Counted from the first letter of the whole stretch, positions 48,299 through 57,773 are shown. The stretch: 61,336 nucleotides of DNA, filler included, from an uncultured Methanosarcinales archaeon (GCA_964485195.1; 5 parts of 5 records of this genome joined end to end with filler, not necessarily neighbours in it), one strand, 5' to 3'. Notes: generated by a model from the sequence alone, not told the origin. Made by a program: numbers and translations.

Positions 48299-48787
48299 TC
48301 AACCACCCATATAGCTTCTCACAAGAAGTCCCACCAGGTATGTGCTCACGATTACCACCACAGCAATCAAGAGATGCTCGCCAACAACCTTCCAAGATGA
48401 TTTTTCCTGAACCCTTGCCATTATGTAGCTGTAAACTGCGATGACAGCCAGGCCGAACGTCACGCTTATTATGATGGCAGTAGTTATGCTTAGGAAAATG
48501 AAAGGGAGAAGGAATATTATTGCAAAAGAGAACTTTGAAAAAAACGCATAAAGGGTGCTTTCCCACACTTTCGCGTCCCCCTCAGCCTCCTCACTGATGT
48601 GAATCCCGAAGCTGTCAGAAAGGGTGTCGGCAACAGCAACTGAAACAATCCCTGCAATGACCGCTATTCTGCTGTTCGTGGCTGTGTTTATTCCTATGAT
48701 CATTCCAAGTATGGTTATGATTCCCGAAGTAAGCCCGAAACTGAAACCCTTTGTTGCCGCCCTTCCCTTTAACACGCTTTTTTTCAT
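48299..48787 (-). CDS. VIT1/CCC1 family metal transporter-like protein
   Basis: FGL.SG..T.LG, A.AD..SD..G..ISEE.E; five TMs. Confidence 0.85.
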   Translation of the reverse strand: MKKSVLKGRAATKGFSFGLTSGIITILGMIIGINTATNSRIAVIAGIVSVAVADTLSDSFGIHISEEAEGDAKVWESTLYAFFSKFSFAIIFLLPFIFLSITTAIIISVTFGLAVIAVYSYIMARVQEKSSWKVVGEHLLIAVVVIVSTYLVGLLVRSYMGG

Positions 48788-48920
48788 TTTGGACAGTGTT
48801 ACATCAGCAGTATTTTAAATATTACCATTGCGCCCAGCGATATGGCAAGAAGATAAGTTTTCTATTTGAAAATAGTAACAATCAAAAAGTTTATATACTG
48901 CTTCCTAAACGCTACCAAGT

Positions 48921-50048
48921 ATGGAAAAAGAATATCATAGCATTGCAGTAATTCCCGGGGATTTGAATGGCGTAACTGTCACTGACGCTGCCCTGAAGCT
49001 AAGCGAGGCAGCAGGCCGCGCATTGGCACGGCCGATAAAACACACAAGATTTGACTATAACGCTGACTATTTTCTGAAGAATGATATCAAAGAGCTCAGG
49101 TTCAGGGAGCTTGAGGAGCTGAAAAAATATGACCAGATATTCCTCGGGGCTGTGGGCGACCCCACCAAGGCAAAGCCAGGAATACTTGAAGTCGGCATCC
49201 TGCTGAGATTAAGGCAGGCATTCGGCCAACACGTGAACTTAAGGCCCATAGTGCTGCCAGAAGGAGTCCCTTCACCGATCGTGGGGAAGGACCACAGGCA
49301 CATAAACTTTGAAATCTGCAGGGAAAACTCAGAAGGGCTTTACGTTGCAGAGGGAAGGGTTGAAAATGCAGGTTCTGCCAATGAAGTAGGCATACAGGAG
49401 ATGCACTGCAGCTATAAAGGAGTCAAAAGGCTGGCAGAATTCGGGGAGCAGAGGGCAAGAGAGAGAACAGAAAAAGGCAAAAAACCAGTTATGCATTTTG
49501 TTTTCAAGACAAACATCCTGACATTTGCTGCCAGGCCCTGGCAAAGGGTCTTTGAAGAATACCAGAAAAGGGAGGACATTGACGTGAAATACATGCACGT
49601 TGACAATTTCGCAATGCAGACGATAACAAAGCCGGAGCAGTTCAGCGTGGTGATAACAGAAAATATGTTTGGTGACATCCTTACTGACTTGGGCGCAGTG
49701 GTCCAGGGCGGAATAGGAAGCGCAGTTTCAGGAAACATAAACCCCGCAGGGGAATTTCCCTCAATGTTTGAGCCAATACACGGAACAGCCCCGGACAAGT
49801 GGTACGAGACAGATGAAAAAGGCAATTATGTTCCTGGAACATTCAGTCCTGAACTGGCCCAGGGAATGAGGCCGGAAGCGGCATTCTTGTCATATGCAAT
49901 GATGCTGGAGCAGATGAAGGAAAAAGACGCTGCCAAGCTTGTGAGGGAGGCTGCCCTGCAAAACCTGAGAGACCCCGGCTACAAAGACAAGAAACTCGAT
50001 GACCTGACAGACCAGGCCTGCAGGTTTGCGAAAGAACAGGAAAAATGA
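48921..50048 (+). CDS. Isocitrate/3-isopropylmalate dehydrogenase family enzyme (LeuB-like)
   Basis: IAVIPGD, GAVG.P, LR..F....NLRP, RENSEG.Y, K.N, N.FGDILTD, FEP.HG.APD. Confidence 0.9.
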   Translation: MEKEYHSIAVIPGDLNGVTVTDAALKLSEAAGRALARPIKHTRFDYNADYFLKNDIKELRFRELEELKKYDQIFLGAVGDPTKAKPGILEVGILLRLRQAFGQHVNLRPIVLPEGVPSPIVGKDHRHINFEICRENSEGLYVAEGRVENAGSANEVGIQEMHCSYKGVKRLAEFGEQRARERTEKGKKPVMHFVFKTNILTFAARPWQRVFEEYQKREDIDVKYMHVDNFAMQTITKPEQFSVVITENMFGDILTDLGAVVQGGIGSAVSGNINPAGEFPSMFEPIHGTAPDKWYETDEKGNYVPGTFSPELAQGMRPEAAFLSYAMMLEQMKEKDAAKLVREAALQNLRDPGYKDKKLDDLTDQACRFAKEQEK

Positions 50049-50392
50049 TAAGACAGTCTGAATATAATCCAGGATTGAGCCTGGAGGAAGCAGAGGAAAG
50101 ATATAATGAAGTGAAAGGCAAGTTTGAAAGAGTTAAAACCAATTATTCCGGAGCGCTCTGGAAATTCAGGATAGGAAGGTTCAGGAAAAACATTAAAGAG
50201 GAAGACAAGCAAACCTTAGCTGACTGCGTGGGTGTTCTACTGCCTTTAATGAGAGCGCCTTCTGTTCAGGAACAGGCAAGAAAATCAGAGAACTCTGAGG
50301 AAACGCTGCACTACCTGGCTTCGCAGCTTAACTGGCAGATACTTGATTACCTTGCAGATTTCAGGAATTCAGGCATTGAAAGAATAGAGTAA
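50045..50392 (+). CDS. Hypothetical protein
   Basis: ATGA overlap with the dehydrogenase gene. Confidence 0.55.
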   Translation: MIRQSEYNPGLSLEEAEERYNEVKGKFERVKTNYSGALWKFRIGRFRKNIKEEDKQTLADCVGVLLPLMRAPSVQEQARKSENSEETLHYLASQLNWQILDYLADFRNSGIERIE

Positions 50393-50889
50393 GATTGCAC
50401 AAACCTTCTGAAATCAACAGACCTTTCCCTTCTCAGGACTTCCCCTTCGGCAGAAAGCAGCGCTATTTCTATTGCTGACTCGTTATTCCTGAAAGGCCTG
50501 TCAAAATAAAACACCTTTTTTCCCTTCCTCATAGGATTGCACAATTCCTCAGCATACCTTGGGATCTTGGCAGAGATGTAGTCGCCTGCCTTGACAGCGG
50601 AAAAGCCGTCAAATGTTATGAGATTGACAGGAATTGCCTTGTTATCCGGCGAAACATTCAGGATGAGCCTTGAAGCATAACCCCCTTTGTATGACGGAGA
50701 ACGCCCTCCGATAACAGGGTTGGGAGTGAATGACGTTGGATATGTCTCTGCCACAACCTCATCAACAGTGAAATTTTCAGTGACCACAAGTTCAGAAGGT
50801 TTTTTTGAGCGGGATTCCAAATCCAAGATTTTCTTTAGTTTTTCCTTCTGTATCTCATCCATAACATTGTTCAGATTCCCCTGACCCAT
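50347..50889 (-). CDS. Hypothetical protein
   Basis: 180-aa ORF with upstream TTTTATA box. Confidence 0.65.
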   Translation of the reverse strand: MGQGNLNNVMDEIQKEKLKKILDLESRSKKPSELVVTENFTVDEVVAETYPTSFTPNPVIGGRSPSYKGGYASRLILNVSPDNKAIPVNLITFDGFSAVKAGDYISAKIPRYAEELCNPMRKGKKVFYFDRPFRNNESAIEIALLSAEGEVLRRERSVDFRRFVQSYSILSMPEFLKSAR

Positions 50890-51126
50890 ATGTTAAAAAG
50901 CGCATAAGAATATAAAAACCTTTCGGAACAAAGTTTTCAGAAGTATTTAAATAGCACATTATAGAGCAGGCCTGTACTTTCCTCTTTCAATCTGTTTCAT
51001 CTCTTTTATCACGTAACTAAGATGCACTTGTATAAAAGAATCATGCTCTAAAAAGGGTTAGGGGGCTTCCATAAGCCAAGAACAGCCCAAAACTGATTAT
51101 ATTCTCATAAGAATAAAAAATAAAGA

Positions 51127-52239
51127 TCAGATAAAACCAAAAATCATTCCTGCAATCGTAGAATATACTATAACCAGGCCAATGTATACAGCAGTCTTCT
51201 TATTGCCTAAGACACCTCTGACCACCAGCATATTGGGCAGGCTCAGGGAAGGCCCCGCCAATAAAAGCGCCAGAGCAGGCCCTTGGTGCATGCCTTTGGC
51301 AATCAAGGCCTGCAGGATGGGTATCTCTGTCAATGTTGAGAAATACATGAAAGCCCCGAATATTGATCCTATGAGATTTCCTATCAGGGTATTGCTTCCA
51401 ACCAGCTGGGTGATAAGGCTTTCCGGAAGCAGGGGCATGATGAATCCTGCAATGAAGACTCCAATAAACAATAATGGCAGTATGAGCTTTGAGAAGTTCC
51501 ATGTCTCATTAAGCCATTTATGCACAACATGATCCCTGAATTTCCACAATGCAAGGCCGACAACACTTAGAGTGAATGTTCCCATCAGGGAATATTTCAG
51601 GATATTGCTGATCTGCAATCCATTGACAACAAGTACCCCAATCATGAGCCCAAAAAAAGCGATCATAACCTTGTTGGACAGCCTTGATTCTTCTGTCTCA
51701 TGGATCATCAGTTTCTCCTTACCCACTTTCTCCCTGAAAATTGCGTGCATTGTGAGACCCACCAATATGGAAAGCAATATTGCTGAAGTGATTCTTGCCA
51801 GCCCAATCTTCAATCCCAAAACACTCATAGTCAGGAATATGGCAGCAATGTTGATTGCCGGGCCTGAGAAAAGGAATGTTACTGCCGGGCCCAGTCCTGC
51901 ACCTCTTTTCCTTATGCCTGCAAAAAGGGGCAGGATTGTGCATGAGCATACTGCAAGTATCGCTCCTGATACAGAAGCAACCCCATAAGAGACATATTTC
52001 TTAGCTTCATGGCCAAGATACTTCATGACTTTCTCTTTCTGGATAAATACGCCAACAGCACCTGCTATGAACAAGGCAGGAACAAGGCAGGTCAAGACGT
52101 GCTCTCTGGCGTAATCATGCAGCAGATCAAATGCAGAAAGTATTGAAGTCCTGAACCATTCTGCCTGCGAGGGCACGAAGTACAGTATCGCAAATATTAC
52201 TGCAATCCATATGAGCATGTTCCAGTCTTTTCTTTCCAT
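51127..52239 (-). CDS. arsP: ArsP/DUF318 family permease
   Basis: HVL.CLVPA.FIAGA, AVCSCT.LPLF, FL.SGPAIN, MYF.TLTE.PI, LLLAGP.LSLP. Confidence 0.9.
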   Translation of the reverse strand: MERKDWNMLIWIAVIFAILYFVPSQAEWFRTSILSAFDLLHDYAREHVLTCLVPALFIAGAVGVFIQKEKVMKYLGHEAKKYVSYGVASVSGAILAVCSCTILPLFAGIRKRGAGLGPAVTFLFSGPAINIAAIFLTMSVLGLKIGLARITSAILLSILVGLTMHAIFREKVGKEKLMIHETEESRLSNKVMIAFFGLMIGVLVVNGLQISNILKYSLMGTFTLSVVGLALWKFRDHVVHKWLNETWNFSKLILPLLFIGVFIAGFIMPLLPESLITQLVGSNTLIGNLIGSIFGAFMYFSTLTEIPILQALIAKGMHQGPALALLLAGPSLSLPNMLVVRGVLGNKKTAVYIGLVIVYSTIAGMIFGFI

Positions 52240-52240
52240 A

Positions 52241-52951
52241 TCACATCACCATTATTCCAATGTAATAGATTCCTGCAAGGATGAATATTCCTGCCACTAT
52301 TTTTCTCATCCATTTCTCAAAGGTTCCTATCTTGTTCATAATACTGCCAAGCTTAGCAACACTCTTGACTAGGATGAATGAGAAGATTATTACTGGCAAT
52401 CCTGTCGCAAATGCAAATACTGAAGGGATTATCAGCCCGTCTCCAGCTTTTAAAGCAATCGGGATGAGCATTCCAAAAAATAACACTGCACTAAACGGGC
52501 AGAATGCAAGAGCAAATATCACTCCCAAAAGAAAGCTTCCTAAAAATCCTTTGCCTGCAAGTTTTTCTTTGAGTTTGTTCAGCTTATTGCTTGGCTTAAA
52601 CATATTTATCTTGATGATATCAAGCATTATGATTCCAATAATCAAAAGCAATGGTCCGAGAAGGTTTTCTCCGTATTTCTGCAGGAATAGCGCTATTGCC
52701 TGGGTGTTCAGCCCAAACCAGACTATTGCTGAGGCTATCAATACATAAGTGAGCATTCTTCCAAGCGTGTAGAGAAATCCAACTATGATAGTGTGTTTGC
52801 TGTTATCTATTTTCTTGCTTGCATAAGCTATAGCGGTGATGTTTGTCGCCAAAGGGCACGGGCTTATCGCTGTCATCAGTCCTATGAAAAATGCAGCAAG
52901 TATTCCTATCTCACTTGTCCCCATTGCTTCCATGAATGCCATCAGTCCCAT
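52241..52951 (-). CDS. arsG: ArsG-like / DsbD-CcdA family membrane protein
   Basis: TAISPCPLATNI.A, YTLGR...Y, FALAFCP.S..LFFG.LIP. Confidence 0.85.
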   Translation of the reverse strand: MGLMAFMEAMGTSEIGILAAFFIGLMTAISPCPLATNITAIAYASKKIDNSKHTIIVGFLYTLGRMLTYVLIASAIVWFGLNTQAIALFLQKYGENLLGPLLLIIGIIMLDIIKINMFKPSNKLNKLKEKLAGKGFLGSFLLGVIFALAFCPFSAVLFFGMLIPIALKAGDGLIIPSVFAFATGLPVIIFSFILVKSVAKLGSIMNKIGTFEKWMRKIVAGIFILAGIYYIGIMVM

Positions 52952-52953
52952 TT

Positions 52954-53430
52954 TTAATTGCCTGCAAGTTTCTGCTCAATGACCCCTTTAAGATAATTCA
53001 TGTAATCCTGCTTATTCCTTAACTTATACCATACTTGGATATTTTGCTCCGGAGTAAAATCACCTCCTCTGTATGTTCCAAGCCAGAGTGATGATCCTGT
53101 AGCGCCATATTTCATGACCAAATCCCTGTTTTCTGGAAGTTCGCCATTGATGTGGTCAAAGATTATTATTCCTTTCTCAAGTTCTTCTTTGAAGTAAGTG
53201 TTCACTGTCTCTTCAGCATAATCACCCATGGTTACGCAGGAATAACATTGATTATTTCCATGAAAATGATATATCTCAAGCTTGTCGATGTTTACTGCCC
53301 TTTCTGCTGATGACATATCATTCACAGCATTGCCTGCCGAGTTATTCTCATTTTCACTGCCTGAACAGCCTGCAACCAATACTGCAAAGATCACCACTGC
53401 GATTATCACTGCATAGTCTCTCCATTTCAT
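52954..53430 (-). CDS. arsF: ArsF-like thioredoxin-fold lipoprotein
   Basis: Lipobox LVAGC; YHFHG..QC.SC, F..EL..G, N......Y....SSL. Confidence 0.8.
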   Translation of the reverse strand: MKWRDYAVIIAVVIFAVLVAGCSGSENENNSAGNAVNDMSSAERAVNIDKLEIYHFHGNNQCYSCVTMGDYAEETVNTYFKEELEKGIIIFDHINGELPENRDLVMKYGATGSSLWLGTYRGGDFTPEQNIQVWYKLRNKQDYMNYLKGVIEQKLAGN

Positions 53431-53434
53431 CTTA

Positions 53435-53662
53435 TTACAACCATCCTTTTATTTCTTCAACATCAGCCACTTTGCCGTAGCTCTTGACTTCACCGTCAAT
53501 GACTATGGCTGGAGTTGACATCACACCATATTCAACAATCTTGCTCACATCAGTGACTTTTACAATATCTGCCTTCTTCTTTGCCTCTTCAACAGCCTTC
53601 CTCGCATTATCTTCAAGCTGCTTGCATTTCGGGCAGCCTGTTCCAAGTATCTCTATTTTCAT
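53435..53662 (-). CDS. Small redox-active disulfide protein (MTH895/TM0996-like thioredoxin)
   Basis: Restarted at 53662: MKIEILGTGCPKC, YGVMSTPA.VIDG. Confidence 0.92.
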   Translation of the reverse strand: MKIEILGTGCPKCKQLEDNARKAVEEAKKKADIVKVTDVSKIVEYGVMSTPAIVIDGEVKSYGKVADVEEIKGWL

Positions 53663-53862
53663 TGTCTTAAACCTCCAAACTTGATTATCCTTACTAATGC
53701 AAATACAATAAATGCCATCCCGAACCAAACATGCAAATCAATTATTAATCCTGAGCCTGCTGAACTGCCTGTTAGATATTTAATAAATAAGGGAATAGAT
53801 GTTACTGTAACCAAAATAAAGCTGATTATGCACAACATTTCGAATAGTTTATCTTTATTCAT
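53659..53862 (-). CDS. Small two-TM protein with LHVWFG motif
   Basis: ATGA overlaps on both sides. Confidence 0.7.
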   Translation of the reverse strand: MNKDKLFEMLCIISFILVTVTSIPLFIKYLTGSSAGSGLIIDLHVWFGMAFIVFALVRIIKFGGLRQ

Positions 53863-54179
53863 TCTTTAACTCCTTTTGCCCTGTCTTGGATTCCAAGAAC
53901 AACTAAATCTTCTTCCGCCTTTATCCCCCTTATCTCATCTTTTTTGATGTAAATCCCCTGATTCTTAATCAGAGTATGTTCTCCATCAATATCTGTGAAT
54001 ATGCCCTTTCCTTCAATCACAGTCAGCAATACGCCATAATCCTCTGGATGAGGGGGGATCTCAACTCCTTTCTTCAGGCATATCAGCGCCGCGTGAAATC
54101 CTCTAGTGTTCAGGAAATGCCTTTTGATTGGCTTTTCGTCTGAAAAGATTACTTTTTCATTCAAGTCGTATGTTTTCAT
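53859..54179 (-). CDS. Cupin domain protein
   Basis: L..G.EIPPH, V.EG.G, R.I.A.EDL. Confidence 0.8.
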   Translation of the reverse strand: MKTYDLNEKVIFSDEKPIKRHFLNTRGFHAALICLKKGVEIPPHPEDYGVLLTVIEGKGIFTDIDGEHTLIKNQGIYIKKDEIRGIKAEEDLVVLGIQDRAKGVKE

Positions 54180-54203
54180 GCCTGGTCCCCGTATTGTAAC
54201 ATA

Positions 54204-54545
54204 TTATCCTGTGCAGCTGCAGGGCTTTGGATTGAGCTTCTCCTCAAGCTCTTTCTTTGCCACTTTCAGAAGCCCATTCTCTTTTATCAAATCCTTGACA
54301 TGCTGCCTGTCAGGGAAGCTTATTGCATCAAAAATGCACCATGTCTCGCATGAGGTGCAGCCCACCATGCAGTTATTAGGCCTTGCAACAACTGATTTGT
54401 TCTTTTCTCTGTCAAAATCAAACACATTCCTGCCGCAGCTTGTGACGCACATGCCGCATCCAGTGCATTTTGCTCCATCAATTGTCGGATGCCAGTCTAT
54501 CTTTGCCCGGTCAACACCTTTCCACTTTGAGAATTTTTCATCCAT
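54204..54545 (-). CDS. 2[4Fe-4S] ferredoxin (ArsE-like)
   Basis: W.G..R..I.W.P.ID..KCTGCGMCV.SC, NC.VGC.SC...C..DAI.FP. Confidence 0.9.
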   Translation of the reverse strand: MDEKFSKWKGVDRAKIDWHPTIDGAKCTGCGMCVTSCGRNVFDFDREKNKSVVARPNNCMVGCTSCETWCIFDAISFPDRQHVKDLIKENGLLKVAKKELEEKLNPKPCSCTG

Positions 54546-54547
54546 AC

Positions 54548-54802
54548 TTACACTTCCAATAACCTGAACAACTTTTTGACCCTTGGATCTTTGATTGAAT
54601 ACATTATTTTTTTCCCGTCTCTTCTTGTCCTGACTATGCCCTCTTCTCTGAGTTTTTTCAGGTGCATTGAAGTATTTGATTGTGTCCTCCCTATATGCGA
54701 GGGGATTTCACAAGCGCATTTCTCTCCAGTAAGCAAAAAACGGATTATATTGTATTTTGTCTCTTCACCCAACGCCTTAAGGAGTCTGAAAGTATTAATC
54801 AT
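54548..54802 (-). CDS. arsR: ArsR/SmtB family repressor
   Basis: KAL...T...I, EKCACEI, QS..S.HL..L...G.V..RR.G....YS. Confidence 0.93.
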   Translation of the reverse strand: MINTFRLLKALGEETKYNIIRFLLTGEKCACEIPSHIGRTQSNTSMHLKKLREEGIVRTRRDGKKIMYSIKDPRVKKLFRLLEV

Positions 54803-54821
54803 ATCAACCTGGATTGATATG
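54800..54821. promoter_or_regulatory. ArsR operator
   Basis: CATATCAA-N6-TTGATATG inverted repeat between the TATA box (54822-54832) and the start codon, overlapping the ATG. Confidence 0.8.
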
Positions 54822-54841
54822 TTATATATAAATGTTTCGGT

Positions 54842-55459
54842 CTACTCTGCATGTAAGTTTTCAATATGCCTTCTAGAATTAGAGTAAATCACAGGAATCC
54901 TGAACTTTTCTATCTTGTTTCCTGCATTGTCAACAGGGATGACCAGCCCAAGGCTGTCTGCATAATCATTCCAATCAATCAATACAATATCATCCATTCC
55001 TTCTCTAATAGCTGACTCTGTTGATTCATGAAATATAAGCTTCTCTGTGTTAGGAAGGTATTCACTGGCAAGCTTTTCATCTGCTGCTGTGTGGATTCTG
55101 CTGTCTTTCAGTTGGGAGATATGCATCAATCGCTTTTCTCTGCCTACCAGAGTCAAGCCCTGCCTTAGCTGTTTTTCAAAAGGGTTATTCACTTCATTTC
55201 CATTGGCAAGCCTTCCCACAAGCACCAAATCAACATCGCCGTCATTAAGGGCCTGAAGCGCCTCTGCTGTATAGTCAAATGGCTGCAATGAAACATAGCT
55301 GTTCTTTGACGCAATATCCTTTGCCAGATCAGACATTGTGGGGCAGTAGCCAAGGATTGCCTGCTCTTTTACAACAGCCATCCCTGCAGCATCACATCCT
55401 GCCAGCAGCATCAATGCCATGATCGCAGGAATACCCAACAGGAGGATTGTCTTTCTCAT
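54842..55459 (-). CDS. Lipoprotein, possible type 2 substrate-binding fold
   Basis: Lipobox LLAGC; GYCPTM, EAL.AL..G.VD..LVGR. Confidence 0.65.
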   Translation of the reverse strand: MRKTILLLGIPAIMALMLLAGCDAAGMAVVKEQAILGYCPTMSDLAKDIASKNSYVSLQPFDYTAEALQALNDGDVDLVLVGRLANGNEVNNPFEKQLRQGLTLVGREKRLMHISQLKDSRIHTAADEKLASEYLPNTEKLIFHESTESAIREGMDDIVLIDWNDYADSLGLVIPVDNAGNKIEKFRIPVIYSNSRRHIENLHAE

Positions 55460-55728
55460 TTTTGGATCTTCCTTAATGCTTCAGTCAAATCCGATGCATC
55501 AAAACCTATAAGTTGAACATTGTTTTCCTCAATGAACCTGTTCACTGTATCATTTACATCATCTATGCTTTTTCCTGCAAGCAATCCTTCTATCTGGGTG
55601 ATTGCTGTTTCTGGGTGTATAAAAAAATCACCTGAAATTTTTATGGATCTTATGGTGTCTTTCTCCATATCGACTTCCAGCCTTAGCAGTTTTCCGTTAG
55701 GAACCTTGTAATCAATATCATGCTTCAT
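55456..55728 (-). CDS. Lipoate-protein ligase accessory subunit (LplB, stand-alone C-terminal domain)
   Basis: K...GKL, I..I.ISGDFF.HPE..I..IE..L.G; ATGA overlap. Confidence 0.88.
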   Translation of the reverse strand: MKHDIDYKVPNGKLLRLEVDMEKDTIRSIKISGDFFIHPETAITQIEGLLAGKSIDDVNDTVNRFIEENNVQLIGFDASDLTEALRKIQK

Positions 55729-56480
55729 CTTAATCCCCGCCAGCTCGCTGTTGAATATTTTTCCCTGCATAATTCTTGGGCTAATGCAAGCTCCTCTTCG
55801 GTTAATCCGGATTCTTCAAACCTGACTTCAAAAACCTCTTCAAAACCCTTTATCAAACAATCTCTTAATTCTTCAATAGATATCTCTTTTTTCAGCTCTT
55901 TATTCAGAGAGGTTACCCTCTCTTCAACAGCTTTAATCATCTTGTCTTTTATCTTCTCATCCGGCACTTTTAGAAGAGAAAACATCTTCTTGATATCCAC
56001 CTCAATAAGAATTGTTCCGTGCTGCAAGACAAAACCTTTTTTTCTTGTCTGGGCATTTCCTGAGATCTTTTTTCCATTGACAATTATATCATTTACCTGC
56101 TTAAACTCCGGGTTGATATGCAACAGCTCCAGGCCTTTTATTGCAGCAGAGCATATCTTCTGGTATGATGCAATGATATCCTGCGGGACATCTTTCTCAG
56201 AGATTGCTAAGGAATAGGTCAATTCATTATCATGAAAAACCGCCCCTCCGCCAGTATATCTCCGCACAATATCCACTCCCTGTTTTTCTGCATTATCAGC
56301 ATCAACCTCTTTTTTAAGTGACTGGAAATAGCCCATTGTCATGCATGGAGGATTCCATGTAAAGAATCTTAGTGTATTTGGAACTTTGTTCTTGATTCTA
56401 AAAGCCAGTATGGCTTCATCTATTGCCATCTGCATAGCGCCATTTGTCTCTATTGTCTTAATAAGCCTCCATGTTTCCAT
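55725..56480 (-). CDS. lplA: Lipoate-protein ligase catalytic subunit
   Basis: MAIDEA, G.FQ, VRR.TGGGAVFHD, NDI.V.GKKISG.AQ, LQHGT. Confidence 0.93.
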   Translation of the reverse strand: METWRLIKTIETNGAMQMAIDEAILAFRIKNKVPNTLRFFTWNPPCMTMGYFQSLKKEVDADNAEKQGVDIVRRYTGGGAVFHDNELTYSLAISEKDVPQDIIASYQKICSAAIKGLELLHINPEFKQVNDIIVNGKKISGNAQTRKKGFVLQHGTILIEVDIKKMFSLLKVPDEKIKDKMIKAVEERVTSLNKELKKEISIEELRDCLIKGFEEVFEVRFEESGLTEEELALAQELCREKYSTASWRGLR

Positions 56481-56481
56481 C

Positions 56482-56919
56482 TTAACTACCGACCAAGTCT
56501 ATTGTAGTGCCGGAAGATGCCAGTACCTCTTCTCCTGCAATTAGCTCAATATTAACAGAGTAAGGCCCTGGGTAAACTCCTCCGCACCCTGAAGTACAAT
56601 GAGGTGTTTTTACAACAAACGTAATTTCATTCTTGCCGCTATTGATATCAATAACTTTTGATTTATCAATATAAGCATAATTATATGGCTTAATCCCTGT
56701 TAATCTTGCAGTTATATCCTGCATTTGTATATGGCTTTTTACAACCGCGGTTATTTTTATCTCCTCATAAGACCCATAAGTCTTTTTGTCTGTCTCAAAG
56801 CTTAATATATTGACATCAGCAATATTCTGTTGTTGCATGCACCCTACAAGTATAAATGAAGTAAATACAAAAACCAGCATTTGCGTAATTTTTATCTTAT
56901 TTTTTATTATCACATCCAT
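56482..56919 (-). CDS. Ig-like lipoprotein with CxxxC motif
   Basis: Lipobox LVGC; TDK..Y, P.CTSGCGG..PG.Y. Confidence 0.7.
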   Translation of the reverse strand: MDVIIKNKIKITQMLVFVFTSFILVGCMQQQNIADVNILSFETDKKTYGSYEEIKITAVVKSHIQMQDITARLTGIKPYNYAYIDKSKVIDINSGKNEITFVVKTPHCTSGCGGVYPGPYSVNIELIAGEEVLASSGTTIDLVGS

Positions 56920-57773
56920 CCCTCATCTGATATAAAACTGCTTGCCCTATATGAACTTCTCACTAAAGGCCCTGCAACAACCTGCTTTATTCCCAATTCT
57001 TTGGCCTTTTCTTCAATTTCCTTGAACTCCTCAACAGTATACTGCTTCTTCATTCTAAAATGTTTTCTGCTAGGCTGCAAATATTGCCCGATTGTCACAA
57101 TGTCGCAGCCAGCATCCTTTAGATCAGTTATAGTCTGGAGAATTTGGCTCATCTCTTCTCCAAAGCCCAGCATAAAGCCTGATTTGATTTTTATCTCTGG
57201 ATTGAAATTTTTTGCAGTTTTTAGCAATTTTAGGGAAAAATCATAGCTGCCGTTTGGCCTTAATAAAGGGAATAGGTCTCTCACAACCTCAATATTATGA
57301 TTTAGCACGTCTGGCTTGGAATCAATTATTTTTTTTAGCGCTTCCCAATTGCCTTTCAAGTCCGATATCAAAAGCTCCACCCTGCATTTTGGAGTGGCCT
57401 GTCTGATCTCATCAACCGTTTTTACAAATTGTTCAGCGCCACCATCTTCTAAATCATCTCTTGTGACACAGGTTACGACAGCATAACTCAGACCAAGTTT
57501 TTTAACGGCTTCCGCTATCCGTTTTGGTTCATCATCATCAACATCTTTAGGCACTCTTTTATTTATGTTGCAATAAAGACAGTTCCTTGTGCATGTATTC
57601 CCCAGTATCATAAACGTAGCAGTCCCTTTTGAAAAGCATTCATATCTATTAGGGCAATTTGCTTCCATACATACCGTAGTAAGATTATTGTCCTCGGTCA
57701 GCTTCTTTGTCTTCAAGTATTCATTCTTATTGTAAGGTTCTATTTCAACCCAGGATGGGACGCCTGTTATCAT
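56910..57773 (-). CDS. lipA: Lipoyl synthase
   Basis: TVC.EA.CPN..EC, CTRNC.YC, RDDL.DGGA, NHN.E, GQYLQP, GPLVRSSY.A. Confidence 0.97.
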   Translation of the reverse strand: MITGVPSWVEIEPYNKNEYLKTKKLTEDNNLTTVCMEANCPNRYECFSKGTATFMILGNTCTRNCLYCNINKRVPKDVDDDEPKRIAEAVKKLGLSYAVVTCVTRDDLEDGGAEQFVKTVDEIRQATPKCRVELLISDLKGNWEALKKIIDSKPDVLNHNIEVVRDLFPLLRPNGSYDFSLKLLKTAKNFNPEIKIKSGFMLGFGEEMSQILQTITDLKDAGCDIVTIGQYLQPSRKHFRMKKQYTVEEFKEIEEKAKELGIKQVVAGPLVRSSYRASSFISDEGWM

